DNA from: Reclinomonas americana ATCC 50394
Lineage: Eukaryota
Assembly (NCBI GenBank): GCA_048213135.1
Contig: PS015064.1
Coordinates: forward strand, 206,427 to 249,018
DNA length: 42,592 bases
Direction: 5' to 3'
Under the pieces are notes generated by a model. That model was not told the origin of the DNA, did not search any database, and saw only the letters and a program-made list of their open reading frames with translations. A program made the position numbers and the translations under genes. Of this stretch, positions 1 through 9,785 are shown one piece after another; the stretch's first letter is position 1, and each line of letters starts with the position of its first letter.

Positions 1-22
1 CACATGTGTGTAAGGCATTCAC

Positions 23-256
23 CTGCAAGGCCACCACCGATAATCACCACGGGCTTCACTGCTGCAGCAGTCGACGATGAAGGCGCGCTCATTGCGAGAG
101 AGAGGAATATGCAAGCGAATCTTTTCTGTTGAATCAAACGACAGCGACCAACCCAAGGTAGTTTCTTTTAATGCCGCAGCGAGACGTCCAGCCAGGAACA
201 GCGAAGATATGAAGACCAAAACGAGGGGGAGAAACAGAACGGGGAGGGCAGCGCTA
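23..256 (-). CDS. Partial FAD-dependent oxidoreductase, possibly a second fumarate reductase paralog; continues off the left edge
   Basis: Exon 61-23 (cag|...|gtgaat) reads AVKPVVIIGGGLAG, a Rossmann GxGxxG motif. The preceding exon ends at 153 (G|gttggt) and encodes hydrophobic AALPVLFLPLVLVFISSLFLAGRLAAA. No in-frame ATG was found, so the 5' limit is approximate. Confidence 0.6.
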
Positions 257-548
257 CATCGACGGCTGTCGCGCAAGCAGCCGGCAAATCAATGCCAGCT
301 GGGCACATCGTGGACTGTCTGCGAAAGCCATGTACAGGTTGGGTGGGCGTGGGAAAAAAAGGATGAGAGAGAGAGAGAGATACATGAAGAGCGGGCAGAA
401 AATGAGAGATGAACGAGAGTGGGAAAACAAGTGGAATCAACAACAATAAGGCCCGAGCTGGCGAGCGAAACCGCCCCTCTGCATTCAACAACACAAAACG
501 CCACGTGAGCCACATGCACGAGACGGCTGTGCGCACACACGCTTTCAC

Positions 549-1989
549 TCACCAGCGAGCATAGCTGCCCTTGTTCGCCACTGCACGACAGAGACAACAC
601 GCCAAGAATGAGAACGCAGCACACATGAGGCGCGTGGCACACGCCACGACACGCAACTGTCTTTCAATTGTGCATCGTCGGGAATTGGGCCGTCCCACGT
701 TCCGTTGATGCGGTCGACCTCCCGACCCGCCGTCAGGAAAATGTACTTGCAGTACTTGGCAAACTCATTAAAATCAATCACACCGTCGCTGTTTTGGTCG
801 GCTGCACACGCACACACACGACAGTGTGAGGAGGCCATGACCAATCATTTTGTCTGATTAAAGAAAAAGAAGTCAATCGCCACGAACCCTCCTTGAAGAC
901 TGTGTGAGGGCGACGAGTGTGTGAGTCGCCACAAACTCAACGATGCAAGCATGCAGCAACAACGAGAAGAACGCAACTCTCATCGACCTCCTCAGGTGCC
1001 ATGGGCGAGCCGAGGACTGCAGAACGCATGCACGAGTGAGGTGAGAGGTGACGCATGAAAACAGAACACGCTGGCGAGAAGCGCAACAATCAGCCGCTGC
1101 GATGCACACAAAGAGAGTGAGCAAAGCAGGTAGACGATAACGTGCGCACACAAGCTCGCTCACCCAAGTTGCCAATCCACTCCTTGGCCTCATCGACCTC
1201 CAGGGTTCCATTGCCATCGAGCTGTTCAAAATGCATCATGAGAACACTTTCTCACAGAGGGAGCAAGCAAGCACACACACACACAAAGGGTCCACGCAAC
1301 GTCAAAGTCGTTGAACACCTTGGCCATCTCCTTTCTGAACTCCTGTGTGCGCGAGAGTGTGAGTGAGATAAGTGTGAGAGTGTGCGCATAGAGGGCATTC
1401 ACGCAACTGCATCGCTGAACAGCTTCTGCACGGATTCAATGCCGGAAATGCCGAGTGCTGTGCGCGCGCGCAAGTGTGCAAGTGTGAGTGAGAGAGAGAG
1501 CGAGTGTGAAGGACGACATGCACAACCTCAATCAACCGTACATGAATTTCGCACCAACAAGAGATGCACACACGCACATGCACACATGGGGGACAGAGAG
1601 AGAGAGATGCGCATACACACACTTGCACACACTTTGCACACACACTGCGTCTCAAGTCGACACATGCAATGTTCGATTGCGTTGACATGCACTCTCTCTT
1701 GTGTCTCTCTGTCTGTCTGTCTGCCTCTCCTCCCTGCGCTCGTCACCAGTGCACACGCACAGCAACGATGCATAACGGGGCGACACACACAGACGGAAGA
1801 TTGCGCAGGCACACACACGCACTCTCTCACACACACACGCACTGCCAATCGCTTGCATGTCTTGTACACACATGTGCTCCTCACAATGCTCAAACACGCG
1901 GTGCACACTCAGAGAGAGGAAGAGCAAAACAAGAGGGCCCGCTCAATACTTCACACGCAACTGCTGGCCTTCTCGACCAGATGCGACAT
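549..1989 (-). CDS. Small two-EF-hand calcium-binding protein, 8 exons
   Basis: Spliced product MSHLVEKASTLGISGIESVQKLFSDAEFRKEMAKVFNDFDLDGNGTLEVDEAKEWIGNLVLGSPMAPEEVDEIFKEADQNSDGVIDFNEFAKYCKY... has canonical loops DLDGNGTLEVDE and DQNSDGVIDFNE. All introns are GT-AG and phase-compatible. Confidence 0.85.
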
Positions 1990-2115
1990 CTTGTGTGCCT
2001 CTGACATGATGTGTGAGAGAGAGTGTGTGTGTGTGAGGAAGAAAGCGAGTCGCGGCTGGCCAACGAGTGACGGTGAATGAGTAGTGTCCTATGAGGACGC
2101 AATCATTGAGACGGA

Positions 2116-4739
2116 ATGGAGGCGACGTTGTGCGATGATGGTCGCGTGTTGCACGTGGAGCTTGCGCGTCCCAGTGAAGGCAACTCGATGAACGTGAGTG
2201 TGCGCGTCTCTTCTTTTTTTCTCTATCATTTGCTTACGATGCTCGGTACGAAGAATGCGTTTTGGCGCGAGATCCGTGCGTGTTTTGTGCGGCTGCAGCG
2301 TGAGATTGGCTCGCATGATGATGATGACGAGGAGGANNNNNNNNNNNNNNNNNNNNNNNNNNNNNNNNNNNNNNNNNNNNNNNNNNNNNNNNNNNNNNNN
2401 NNNNNNNNNNNNNNNNNNNNNNNNNNNNNNNNNNNNNNNNNNNNNNNNNNNNNNNNNNNNNNNNNNNNNNNNNNNNNNNNNNNNNNNNNNNNNNNNNNNN
2501 NNNNNNNNNNNNNNNNNNNNNNNNNNNNNNNNNNNNNNNNNNNNNNNNNNNNNNNNNNNNNNNNNNNNNNNNNNNNNNNNNNNNNNNNNNNNNNNNNGGG
2601 AGGGGAGGGGAGGGGCGATTTTTTTGAGATTTGTGAGCGATCATCATCGAGCTCGTGCATTCTCGGGTCCGTGCGAGTTTCTCTGTCTCCTGCTGGCCGT
2701 GTGCAGCACGACGCTCTCCTGCAGTCCGTCAGGCTTGATACGAGCCTCGTGCATTCCTCTGCTTATCCATGCGAGTTTCCCTTGTTCACGTGTACCTTTT
2801 CCACTGTCGGGCTTGCATCCTATCTATCCAAGCTGGCGATCACTTGAGCATTCCTCTGTTTGTGTGTGCGAGTTCCCTGTCTGTCATTATTGTTGGCCAC
2901 GTCCTGCACACCGTCAGGCTTGCATTCTATCGATCCGTGCAGGCGATCACTCGTGCTTTCCACTGGTTATCCGTCTGGCATTCTTGTTGGCCGTGTGCAG
3001 CACGACGCTCTCCTGCAGTTTGTCACGCTTGATTGGAGCCTCGTGCATTCCTCTGCTTATCCGTGCGAGTTTCCCTGTTTGTCATTCAAGAAGAGATTTG
3101 CTGCAGTCAGGCTTCATTCTTATCTGTCGCAGTCGGCGATCATTGTGCATGCCTCTGCTTGTGCGTGAGAGTTTTCCCTGCCCATTCTCGTCGGTCGCAT
3201 GTACACGCTCCTGCAGTCCGTCAAGCTTGCTTCCCTCTATTGAGCAGGCGATCACACTTGCATTCCTGTGTTTGTCTGTGCGAGTTTCCCTGTCTGTCTG
3301 GGAAAGATAAACTCTGTAGACTGCACGCCCTCGTTGATCCGCGCCCCCTCCCTCCCTCCCTCACCCTCCCTCTCTTGGTTTCCTGCACGTGCAGCCTCCC
3401 GGACTGAGCGTGGCGATGGGCGGTGGCGGGGATGAGATGGACACGGCGAGGCGTACGCTGCTCGTGCGGCGTGTGGTACGCTCGTTGCAAGAGTCGTTCT
3501 CGGCGATTCGACGCTGTCCAGTGCCAGTCATTGCCGCCGTGCACTCAGCGTGCATTGGTGGCGCCATTGATATGATTTGCGCGTGCGATGTGCGCCTGTG
3601 CAGTGCCGATGCTTGTTGCGTGTGTCCGTCGCTCTCTCTCTCTTATTTGTCTCCTATTTCTGCCTGTGTACCAATGGTGGCGGTCGTGCAGTCTTCACCG
3701 TGGCAGAGGTAGATGTGGGACTGGCGGCTGATGTGGGCACGCTGCAGCTGTTGCCGCGTGTTGTGGTGCGTTCTTGTCACTCTCTCTCTCTCTCTCTCTC
3801 TTTGTGATCCTGCGGTGTTCATCGAGAATGCGCAGGGTAACGATTCGATTGTGCGGGAGCTGGCGTACACTGGCCGGCGTTTGTTGGTTTGTCGAATGCA
3901 GCAGAGAAAAGTCTCACGAGTCGCTGGGTCACGGTCGCACTCGCCTCTTGCACCGCATGACGTCTTTCTCCTACCATGTCTGACGTACCTGTGCACGTCC
4001 TCTTCTCCTGCTCACACACCAGTCTCACTCGATTCTCTCGTTTATGCAAGCCTTCGTTCACGCCTTTCTCTCACGGTCGCGATTCCGCCCCCCTGTACCA
4101 TATCAAGCCACCTGCGTGTTGCCCTTGCTCGTGCATCGTAATCTTCATTCACGTCTTCTTCTCACGGTCGCGATTCCGCCCCCTTGTACCACATCAAACC
4201 AGCTCCGTGTCGCCCTGCTCGTGCATGCGTGACTGTATCTCTCGCTTACTCGATTCCACTCTCGCTAGACCACGCCCATGCTGCGCTCTCTTTTCTCGTA
4301 CATGCATGTCTCCCTTCACGTCTTCCTCCCACACTCAATTCCACATTCTCTCCTCTCACACTTGTTCAGTTCTCCATTCTCCACTGCGTGCATGTAATTG
4401 ATCTTCTCCTCACCGATTCCTCCCTTCCCTCCTCCCCCTCCCCTCTGGCAGTCCTCGGAGGCCGCCACCCTCGGCCTCGTGTCGCGCGTGTGCGGCGCCA
4501 ATCGCGACTCGGTGGTCGAAGAAGCGCTGCGCATGGCGTCCGAGATCGCCAGCAAGTCACCCGTGGCCGTGATCGGCACCAAGCGCTTCCTCAACCGCAC
4601 GCGAGACGGTGGCACGTCGGTCGATGAGGACCTGGAGGCCATGGCCACGTGGAATTCAGCGATGCTGCAGACAGACGACTTGATCGCCTCGGTCAAGGCA
4701 CGCATGAGCAAGAAGAAGGCCGTGTATGCCAAGCTGTAG
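2116..4739 (+). CDS. ECH1: Delta(3,5)-Delta(2,4)-dienoyl-CoA isomerase (crotonase family), peroxisomal
   Basis: Motifs PVPVIAAVHSACIGGAIDMICACDVR, EVDVGLAADVGTLQLLPRVVGN and IASKSPVAVIGTK; C-terminal PTS1 AKL*. Part of the gene is hidden in gap 2338-2597. Confidence 0.9.
2640..3300. repeat. Degenerate intronic tandem repeat, about 295-bp period
   Basis: GGCCGTGTGCAGCACGACGCTCTCCTGCAGT occurs at about 2695 and 2989; GTGCGAGTTTC and GGCGATCAC recur. Confidence 0.75.
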
Positions 4740-4834
4740 AATGTAAAACAACACGCCCTCCTTTTTTTTTATTTTTGGTGTTACACGCAATCGCATACAC
4801 TTACACACACACACACACACACACAGCACAACAT

Positions 4835-6403
4835 TTAGTCGAGCGCAAAGGCACCCGACATGGCCACCACCACCTCGTCAACGGGTCGTTCACTGGCCGT
4901 CGGCAGTGCCTCGACGCGCCGCAACACATCGAGACCACGCACCACAATGCCAATCGCCTCGTACTTGCTGCATACGCAGTCATGGGGTGAGTACACGTGT
5001 GGACTCACTCTCTCTTGTTCTCGCGTGCACGCAACTGATCCATCCACTCGTGCTCCCGGAAGGTGATGTAGTACTGCGACGAATTGCTGTGCGGACCCTC
5101 GTTGACGTAGCCGACCACACCCGGTCGATTGTGCTTCAGCGCAAAGCACTCATCTGCACGCAGACAGAATGAGCAAACGGATATGACAATGGATGGTGTT
5201 GGCGAGCCGGCCACAAAAGGACGCACCCTCAAACGGTATGCCGAAAATCGACTTGTGACCGTCACCGCTGCCTGTTATCACATCGCCGCCCTGCAGCCAC
5301 CCACCCGGCACCACGCGATGAATGGGCGTTCCACGATACCACAGCTTAGCGTTGGCCTCGCCGGTGCACAGGCCGATGAAGTTCTGGCATCCACGCGGGC
5401 AGTAATCGTTGAACAGCTCAATGACAATCTCGCCCAGGTCCTCCCCCTTTGCCGTCGCCAGTCGCAAAAAGGCAATGTCGTGCTTTCGGCTCCTCAACAG
5501 CTCCTTCCACGCTCGCTCCGCCTGCGCTTCGTAGTGCGACGTCGGCAGCTCATCGTCGAAACCGAAATTCTCGTGTGCAAAGTCGAGCAGCGTCTCCACC
5601 GAGCCCTTGAGGATGCCACTGGCGTTTTCCACGTGGTGGCCAATCTCCGCGGGCTGCGGGGCAAGAGCGACATGTTCAGGAGGGCGTAGCAGCAAAGGAG
5701 GGAGAGAGGAGAGAGAGAGGAGGGAAGGAGAGAGTAAGAGTGCTTCTGGAAGCACGCTGAATTGACTCCTCTCGCACTTTTCTCTCGTGCTGCCAGCGTC
5801 ACAGTTCTCTATTGAAGACGACTTGCCTAACTAAAGCATTCCCTTCCGTCTCTCTCCTCTTTCCGCCTGGCTGCTCAACAACAAGGATTTGTGGCTCGCA
5901 GCGCGCCATTCTTGTTCGCCTTCTCTCATCGTGCTGCCCTTCTCAAACACCCGGGGATTCCGTGTTTCGCTGCCTCCCTCAGTTTTCTCCTCTCGCCTTG
6001 CTTCTCTGCTCCCTCACAAACATCCACATCCTCTTGTCTCGCCTGCCTCACTGCCTCACTCTCGAACCAAGATCTCACTCGTCGTCTCTTCACCACGCAT
6101 GTCATTCAACTCCTCTCACTCAAGCTCGCTTTCGAGGCTCCTGGCTCACAGTCTCCCCTCCCTCCAGCCTCGTATGATCACAGATGCTTGTCTCACCGCC
6201 CCGCTCTTTCTCATCTTCCATCTCGTCTCTCATCTTGCTGCTCTCCTTGACAATGATCCATGTGTCGCAGCCTCACAGCCATCTCGCAGTCGTGCTTCAA
6301 TGCCTCTTCTCACAACAACAGGGAGTCTACGGGTCGTCACTGCTGCCAGCTTGCAGCACTGCACTCCTTGACAAGTTCTATGTCACAGCATCACAGCCAT
6401 CTC

Positions 6404-6437
<34 letters not shown>

Positions 6438-7133
6438 CAACAACAACAGAGACTCTGCGTGTCATCTCCTCACAGCCATTTTGCTGCACTGCCTCACTGG
6501 ACACATCCTTGACAAGGTTCCACAGTCATCTTGCTGCCTCACAAAGTGCCAAGTGCCCTTGTCTCCCAACAGCCACACTGTTCTCCTTGACAATAATCCG
6601 CGTGTCGCAGCCTCACAACCACCTTGCTGCAGTGCTTGAATGCCTCTCCTCTTGACAGCACGAGATCTGCATGTCACTGTCTCACAGTCATCTTTCTCCA
6701 CTGTCTTCAGTCACAGCTCACAGCTACGCTGCAATTCCCACAACCACAAAGCTCTACTTGACAAGGTTCACGTGCCACGGCCGTACCTTGCATGTGTCGC
6801 TGCCTCTCTGCCATTGCTGCACTGCCCTCACTCACCCTCCACAAGGCTCTGTCACAACACAAGCAGCGCTCCCTTTTTTTTGTCCACCTGTCTCTTATCT
6901 CTTCTCCTCCCTCTTCTCCCCCTCCTCCCCCTTCTCCCTTCCCCCTTCCCACTCACCCACGCCTCCCGTGCCGCGCGGAACTCCCACTCACTCGCATCCA
7001 GCATCTCCACCTCAAACGCACAAGCTCCCGGGAACGACTCATTCAACTGTGCCGCCACCGACGCCGCTCGCTGAAACCCGGCCGAGTCCACGCGACCCAC
7101 AATCGCAAACTGTTTGTCACGCGGAGCACTCAT
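4835..7133 (-). CDS. PPIL6: PPIL6-like cyclophilin with N-terminal extension
   Basis: Exon 1 MSAPRDKQFAIVGRVDSAGFQRAASVAAQL; cyclophilin domain IELFNDYCPRGCQNFIGLCTG...YRGTPIHRVVPGGWLQGGD...FEDECFALKHNRPGVVGYVNEGPHSNSSQYYIT...WMDHKYEAIG. First intron is about 1.3 kb. Confidence 0.8.
6235..6790. repeat. Intronic degenerate repeat plus (CAA)n microsatellite
   Basis: CTTGACAA and TCACAGCCAT units recur; (CAA)n at about 6403-6448. Confidence 0.65.
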
Positions 7134-7570
7134 CGCAGCACAAAACAATCAACAACGCTCTCACGTGTGAGTCATGCGTGGATTTGTCACCGAGCGCCAT
7201 CGAACGTTACGCGCAAACAATTCCTTTTCTCGCATCTCACGCATTGTGCGAGAGGGGAACACTGTTGTGGTGTTTCGTCGCCTCCGCGCGCGCCCTCTCT
7301 CTGTTTCTCCCGCATCGACTCCCGCGGACTGTTGGTGAGTGACTACACAACAAAGTGCACACCATCGCGAGGGAGACAACTAACTGTTGACTGCACACAG
7401 AATCCTCCGTCTCCTTTCCTCGGTCTCCTCTTCCGCCCCTCTGCCTCCTCCACATCGTTCAGCCTTCATTCGTGAAACAAGGTGTCGTGTGTTTTTCTTG
7501 GTATTCGCTGTCTCCGGATTTGGATGGATGACGATGCTAATGTGTCGTTTTTGTGTTTTCGCACACAGAT

Positions 7571-9658
7571 ATGAACGCCGTAGCCCCGGCGCGCCTGCTC
7601 TTTGTCGCACTGGCGGCATGCGCTGTGGTTGTTTCCTTGTTCGCGATGCCACTCGCGACCAACGGTATTGTGTTGGCGGAACCGCCGACGTTGAAGAGTC
7701 AGGACGGCATGCTGAATGTGGCCATGATCGCCCGAGTGGTGCCGCTGCCACAGCTCACGTACCGCGGTGTGGTGCCGAATGGGTGGCTGCATGAGCTGTG
7801 CTGGCTGCCGAACAGCATGCGGCTCGGCGACATCAAGGGCCTCCTGTCGTGTCCGCCCGGCACCTCCATGGGCGCGGACTTGTCGGGTGGTCGTCTCCAC
7901 TTGGAGCCTGGCGACACGTTGCGCGTGCATCTCGTCAATCTGCTACCGCCCTCCACCGGCCGTCATCAAGAGGAGCCGGGAATGGAGTACCTGGCGCAAA
8001 ACCCGATCAACTTGCACTACCACGGCTTCCTGACGTCGCCGCGCGTGGCGACGCCCGACGATCCCACCTACGGCGACTACTCGTACGTCCTCGTTTTCAA
8101 CCCGGGCAACGGCATGCCCGGTCCCATGCACCACAACGACACGAGCTTTGTGTACTCGGTGCTCTCCATCGACTACGTGATCAACTTGCCGCCGAGCCAT
8201 CCGCACGGCCTCTACTGGTTCCACTCACACACCCACGGTCTGTCGGCCAATCACTTGATGGCTGGCATGGGAGGCATCATCACTATCGGCGACGTCTTCA
8301 AGTACGTGTGCACCAAGGAGTGCACCAGCTTCAAGTCCAACATCCGCACTCGCCATCTCATCCTGAAGGACACGCAAGTGCTGGCCGACGGCACACGCGC
8401 CGACCAGCCCGGCATCGGCTTCTGCAACCTCACCGCCACCACCGACTTGAGCGACATGCGCAAGGGCTACTGCAACGGTGTACAGACGGAGGACGACGAC
8501 TTCCGCGGTGGGCGGTGGTTCCTCACGGTGAACGGACAAGTGTTCCCGACCATGGCCATCAACACGTGCGGCGGCGAGATCTGGCGCATCACCAATGCGT
8601 CGCCCAGCGTGTCGTATCAGCTGGAACTGTTCGACCCCAAGCGACAGGCCACAATGCTGGCGCAGGTGGTCGCGCTCGACGGCGTCAGTGTGACACTGCC
8701 GGGCGATGCGGGCAAGATTGATCACATCACCAACGACGTTTTCTTGCCTATCACGTGTCCCGGCACGGCCAAGGGTCGGACGCCGGCAGAGCAGCCGATC
8801 TGCGCCACCTCGTTCCTCATGATGCCGGCCTCGAGAGTGGAAATCTGGGTTACCTACCGCAACGCCGACGGCATCATCGTCACGCCGCCAGTGGGTGCCA
8901 CCGCCATCTTGCGCTCCAGTGGCGTCGACACGGGTCCCATTGGCGACCGATGGCCCGCGGTAGACTTGGCGACTCTGCGCTACGGACCGGTGTCCTCCTC
9001 GTGGGGCAAGTTCTCCTGCCCGACTCCACCCTCGAGTCTGTACGTGGACCCGCAGCATCAGGTGCAGGCGGAACCGCCATCCATCACCAAGGAACTCAAC
9101 GCTGACAATTCGCGTTTCGCCCCGGATCCGACATGCAAGCCACTGCCGGTTGGATACCAGCGTCGCATCTTCCTCTTGATTCCGGCCTCGGATCACAACT
9201 CCTTCGGCATTGGCTCGGACGTGATCGACGAAGCCGGCAACTCGGTGCCCGGCTCCTTCATGGACGTGATGGCCTACGACCACAATTCACCCGCCATTTG
9301 CGTGTCGCTCGGCCCGAACAATGAGCCCGTCACAGAAACCTGGCAGGTGATCAACGTGGCACAAGAACACCACAACTTTCACATTCACCAGGTCAAGTTC
9401 CGCGTCATCTCCTCGTACAACATCAACAAGACGCTGACGGCCACCGGACTCATGTATGACAATATCTCCATTGTGGCCGCCGACGGCACCTGTGAAACAG
9501 TGGACGACTGGAGAACCGGTCGCAACGGCTGCAAGGCCTACCCGACGACGGTGGAAGTCACATTCCGCGTGGCTGGCGACTTTGTCTACCATTGCCACAT
9601 TCTCGAGCACGAGGATGGTGGTATGATGGGCAGCATTCGAGTGCGCCGCTCTGCGTGA
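7571..9658 (+). CDS. Secreted three-domain multicopper oxidase, 695 aa, intronless CDS
   Basis: All four copper motifs are present: NLHYHG, YWFHSHTHG, HHNFHIHQ and YHCHILEHEDGGMM (axial Met). Signal-like RLLFVALAACAVVVSLFA follows the ATG at 7571. Confidence 0.95.
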   Translation: MNAVAPARLLFVALAACAVVVSLFAMPLATNGIVLAEPPTLKSQDGMLNVAMIARVVPLPQLTYRGVVPNGWLHELCWLPNSMRLGDIKGLLSCPPGTSMGADLSGGRLHLEPGDTLRVHLVNLLPPSTGRHQEEPGMEYLAQNPINLHYHGFLTSPRVATPDDPTYGDYSYVLVFNPGNGMPGPMHHNDTSFVYSVLSIDYVINLPPSHPHGLYWFHSHTHGLSANHLMAGMGGIITIGDVFKYVCTKECTSFKSNIRTRHLILKDTQVLADGTRADQPGIGFCNLTATTDLSDMRKGYCNGVQTEDDDFRGGRWFLTVNGQVFPTMAINTCGGEIWRITNASPSVSYQLELFDPKRQATMLAQVVALDGVSVTLPGDAGKIDHITNDVFLPITCPGTAKGRTPAEQPICATSFLMMPASRVEIWVTYRNADGIIVTPPVGATAILRSSGVDTGPIGDRWPAVDLATLRYGPVSSSWGKFSCPTPPSSLYVDPQHQVQAEPPSITKELNADNSRFAPDPTCKPLPVGYQRRIFLLIPASDHNSFGIGSDVIDEAGNSVPGSFMDVMAYDHNSPAICVSLGPNNEPVTETWQVINVAQEHHNFHIHQVKFRVISSYNINKTLTATGLMYDNISIVAADGTCETVDDWRTGRNGCKAYPTTVEVTFRVAGDFVYHCHILEHEDGGMMGSIRVRRSA

Positions 9659-9785
9659 GCGTGTGTATATGTGTGGCATAGTAATAACGAAAGTGTGTGT
9701 TCAATGAATCATTTATAAGTAGAATTGCATTATAATTATGAAGTTGATTAATTGTGTTTTTTCTAGGAAACCGACGCCGCAGCTA

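Noticed and set aside
7798..9283. Long alternative-frame and antisense ORFs over the multicopper oxidase
   Set aside because: These are shadow ORFs of a GC-rich coding region with no motifs.
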